From NCBI RefSeq assembly GCF_001194135.2, contig NC_068981.1, positions 129,381,377 to 129,445,376 on the forward strand: DNA of 64,000 nucleotides. Direction: 5' to 3'. Position numbers and translations under genes: made by a program. Positions 61,543 to 64,000 of this stretch are shown here, one piece after another. The notes beneath the pieces were generated by a model, which saw only the letters and a program-made list of their open reading frames with translations, was not told the origin of the DNA and did not search any database. Source of the DNA: Octopus bimaculoides. Lineage: Eukaryota. Numbering within the stretch: position 1 is the stretch's first letter; each line of letters begins with the position of its first letter.

Positions 61543-62828
61543 TTGGGTCATCCCATAAATAATGTGGTTATTTTAATTGCATGCACTAAAAGTCGGAGGG
61601 AGATGGGATAAACTACCTGCATCAACTTGCTATAAAAGCAGGTAGTAATTCTACCTTGACTTATTCTTAATGCAAGCTTTGAAGAGTGTAGTTCAATTTT
61701 AACAGTTATTTTTCCAAAGCTATAATGGAAGTGATAAGGGAGCATATTCAGTATATTTTGCTTTATGAGTTCAATAAAGGCAACAACACAACAGAAAGTG
61801 CAAGGAATATTAATGCAGCATATGGGGATTGGACAATAAGCATAAATCAGTGTCAATGGTGGTTCCAGAAATTCCGAGCTGGAAACTACAGCCTAGTAGA
61901 CAAGCCTCATCCTGGGAGATCTGTAGACTCGGCGAGGACATCCTGCAAATCCTGGTGGAACAAAATCCCATCGTAAATGTTGAGAAACTAGCAGAAAAGC
62001 TTGGATTTGGTCATTCAACTATTCATCAACACCTGTGTGCCATTGGAAAAGTCAGCACATTGGGTCAATGAGTTCCTCACAAACTTTCCAAGTCTAATCA
62101 CATGAAGAGAGTGAATCTGTGCTCTTCTTTGCTGTCACATCTAAGGAATGAACCTTTTTTAGACCGAATAGTGACTGGTGATGAGAAATGGGTTCTCTAT
62201 AAAAATGTCAAGTGCCAAAGACAGTAGGTAGGGAAAGGAGAAACACTGGCAATCCAGACTAAAAAAGGTCTTCACCCACATAAGGTGTTGTTACCTATTT
62301 GGTTGGATATGAAAGGTTTAGTCCATTTTGAACTTTTAAACCCAAACCAAACAATAACAAAGGTTATCTACTGCAAGCAGATTGAGCGGCTTAAGTCAGC
62401 ACAAGAAGAAAAATGATCACTTTTGGTTTCAAGATGAAAGGTGTTTTTCCATCAGGATAATGCTCGGCCACATACAGTGAGGATGACATTCCAAAGGCTT
62501 GAGCAGTTTGAATGGGAAACGATGTCCCGCCCACCATATTCGCTGGACACTGCTCCATCTGATTATCATTTATTCCACAGTCTTCAAAATTATATGGCTG
62601 GAAAAAATATGAATTCTGTAGATGAGGTCAGAACAGTACTGGAGGAGTATTTTTCATCATGGACAAGTGGGTTTTGGAAGATGGTCCTTGCAAGTCTAAC
62701 AAATAGATGGAAGAGCATTGCAGAAAATGAAGGAGAGTATATTTTAGATTAAAAAAGGGCTTTGTTTATCTTAATTTTGAAAAACAAAAGAAATATAAAA
62801 AAACTTCATTATTTATGGGATGACTCAA
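61543..62828 (+). mobile_element. Full-length mariner (DD34D) element, transposase broken by frameshifts and stops
   Basis: TIR TTG(G/A)GTCATCCCATAAATAATG, 1286 bp; motifs LLYEF...WFQKF, TGDEKWV, HQDNARPH, PPYSLDTAPSDYHLF (34 aa between D2 and D3). Confidence 0.92.
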
Positions 62829-63057
62829 TAGAAACATATTGAGATAGTTGCCTCAATCGACCTACATATTCAGGGCATCATACAGGTTGATCAGAATAAT
62901 TATATTTAAAGTGCATGCTTAGAATATGTAAGATAAAAACTTAAGCAATAACCATTTCAACTCCATAATGAACATGTGTGTAAGTGATGTCTTTAGAAAA
63001 TCTTGCTGCATCTTGGTTACAAGGATGAATGTGGTAAAACAGAAAAGATATTAGGCT

Positions 63058-63062
<5 letters not shown>

Positions 63063-63127
<65 letters not shown>
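63063..63127. repeat. (TA)n microsatellite (others at about 12547-12625, 13089-13120, 25817-25855, 54314-54347, 59257-59290)
   Basis: Direct inspection. Confidence 0.95.
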
Positions 63128-63130
<3 letters not shown>

Positions 63131-63420
63131 TAGCAGAGATACCCGGCATTGCCCATGTCACATAGAATTCAAGAATTGGACTTTTCTTTTAAATTTTCTC
63201 TAATGAACTGGAATACCTATGATTTGAATTTCATCAAAATTGCAGATGAAGAATTTTAATGAGGGTTCTTTCCCACTTTACACACCCTAACAAAAATTCT
63301 AATCATGACACATTTATCCCATGCTACTCATCGTTATGACCAAATTCCAAAATTCAAATCTTATGGAATCTATTGAAAAGTTTTTGCTCCTGAAAAATGG
63401 AGCTCTAAAATGTTGGAGTT

Positions 63421-64000
63421 AAGGACACAGGTTCGTGTGTCACATGGCTAGCTAGAGGCGATGGCCTCTTGGAGCTAATCAATGGCAGCATTCGTCCTAT
63501 TTTTTTGGACTGCCATGTTGGCTTGGCGATAACTATTAATATCCAGTACCACTGCCGTAGTCTCCTTTAGAGAGACTTAGAAATATTAATATTTCTATTT
63601 CTGAAAACCAGTGGATGTATTCCATTGAATTTAGGTAAATAATCCTTCGTACAGACGGTCAGTAGCGACGCCTGCTGGGTTCGGCTGCTCTATATTGACA
63701 AGGGGCAATACCCCGAAACTAGTCTGTAGATGCCAGACCAGCAAGGGGAAGCGGCTGACCTCCCCTGTTCGAAGGTTATAAAGGACACAGGTTCGTGTGT
63801 CACATAGCTAGCTAGAGGCGATGGCCTCTTGGAGCTAATCAACGGCAGCATTCGTCCTATTTTTTGGACTGTCATGTTGGCTTGGCGATAACTATTAATA
63901 TCCAGTACTGCTGCCGTAGTCTCCTTTAGAGAGACTTAGAAATATTAATATTTCTATTTCTGAAAACCAGTGGATGTATTCCATTGAATTTAGGTAAATA
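63421..64000 (+). repeat. 360-bp direct tandem repeat (one full unit plus 220 nt of a second; continues past window end)
   Basis: 63421-63640 vs 63781-64000: 5 substitutions and 1 indel. Confidence 0.9.
63689..63730 (+). ncRNA. Type I hammerhead ribozyme, U3-A8 core variant, in a 360-bp repeat unit
   Basis: Stem I TCTATA/TGTAGA, core TTGACAA, stem II GGGG-CAATA-CCCC, GAAA, stem III AC-TA-GT (palindrome ACTAGT), triplet GTC at 63722-63724. Confidence 0.85.

Noticed and set aside
1-64000. CRISPR arrays, rRNA, intact tRNA, U12-type introns, prokaryotic operons
   Set aside because: None seen; all modelled introns have ordinary GT-AG ends without the GTATCCTT signature.

Overview
AT-rich eukaryotic genomic DNA, most likely Octopus judging by its SINE families, (TA)n tracts and short-read N gaps. 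One protein-coding gene is present: TMEM131 on the minus strand. I reconstructed it by hand as 34 GT-AG exons with consistent phases, from the ATG at 55444 to 2127 (about 1723 codons). The C-terminus continues beyond the window start. Introns and the upstream flank are packed with transposon relics: a TSD-bounded Buster-type hAT, a full-length DD34D mariner, a fold-back Tc1/mariner derivative, Merlin-like, piggyBac-like and pogo-like MITEs, SINEs, and RTE/CR1/Penelope-like fragments. The most interesting signal is six type I hammerhead ribozyme (HHR) motifs from several unrelated repeat contexts. (1) A 360-bp, highly structured repeat at 63421-64000+ carries a complete HHR with a rare compensatory U3-A8 core and a GUC site, matching non-LTR retrozyme architecture. 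(2) A near-canonical HHR lies sense-oriented inside TMEM131 intron 6, between two assembly gaps. (3) Two 88-nt HHRs sit in the inverted arms of a Penelope-like element upstream of the gene. (4) Two further minimal HHRs are degenerate. All structures were folded by eye, and no searches or activity tests were possible.
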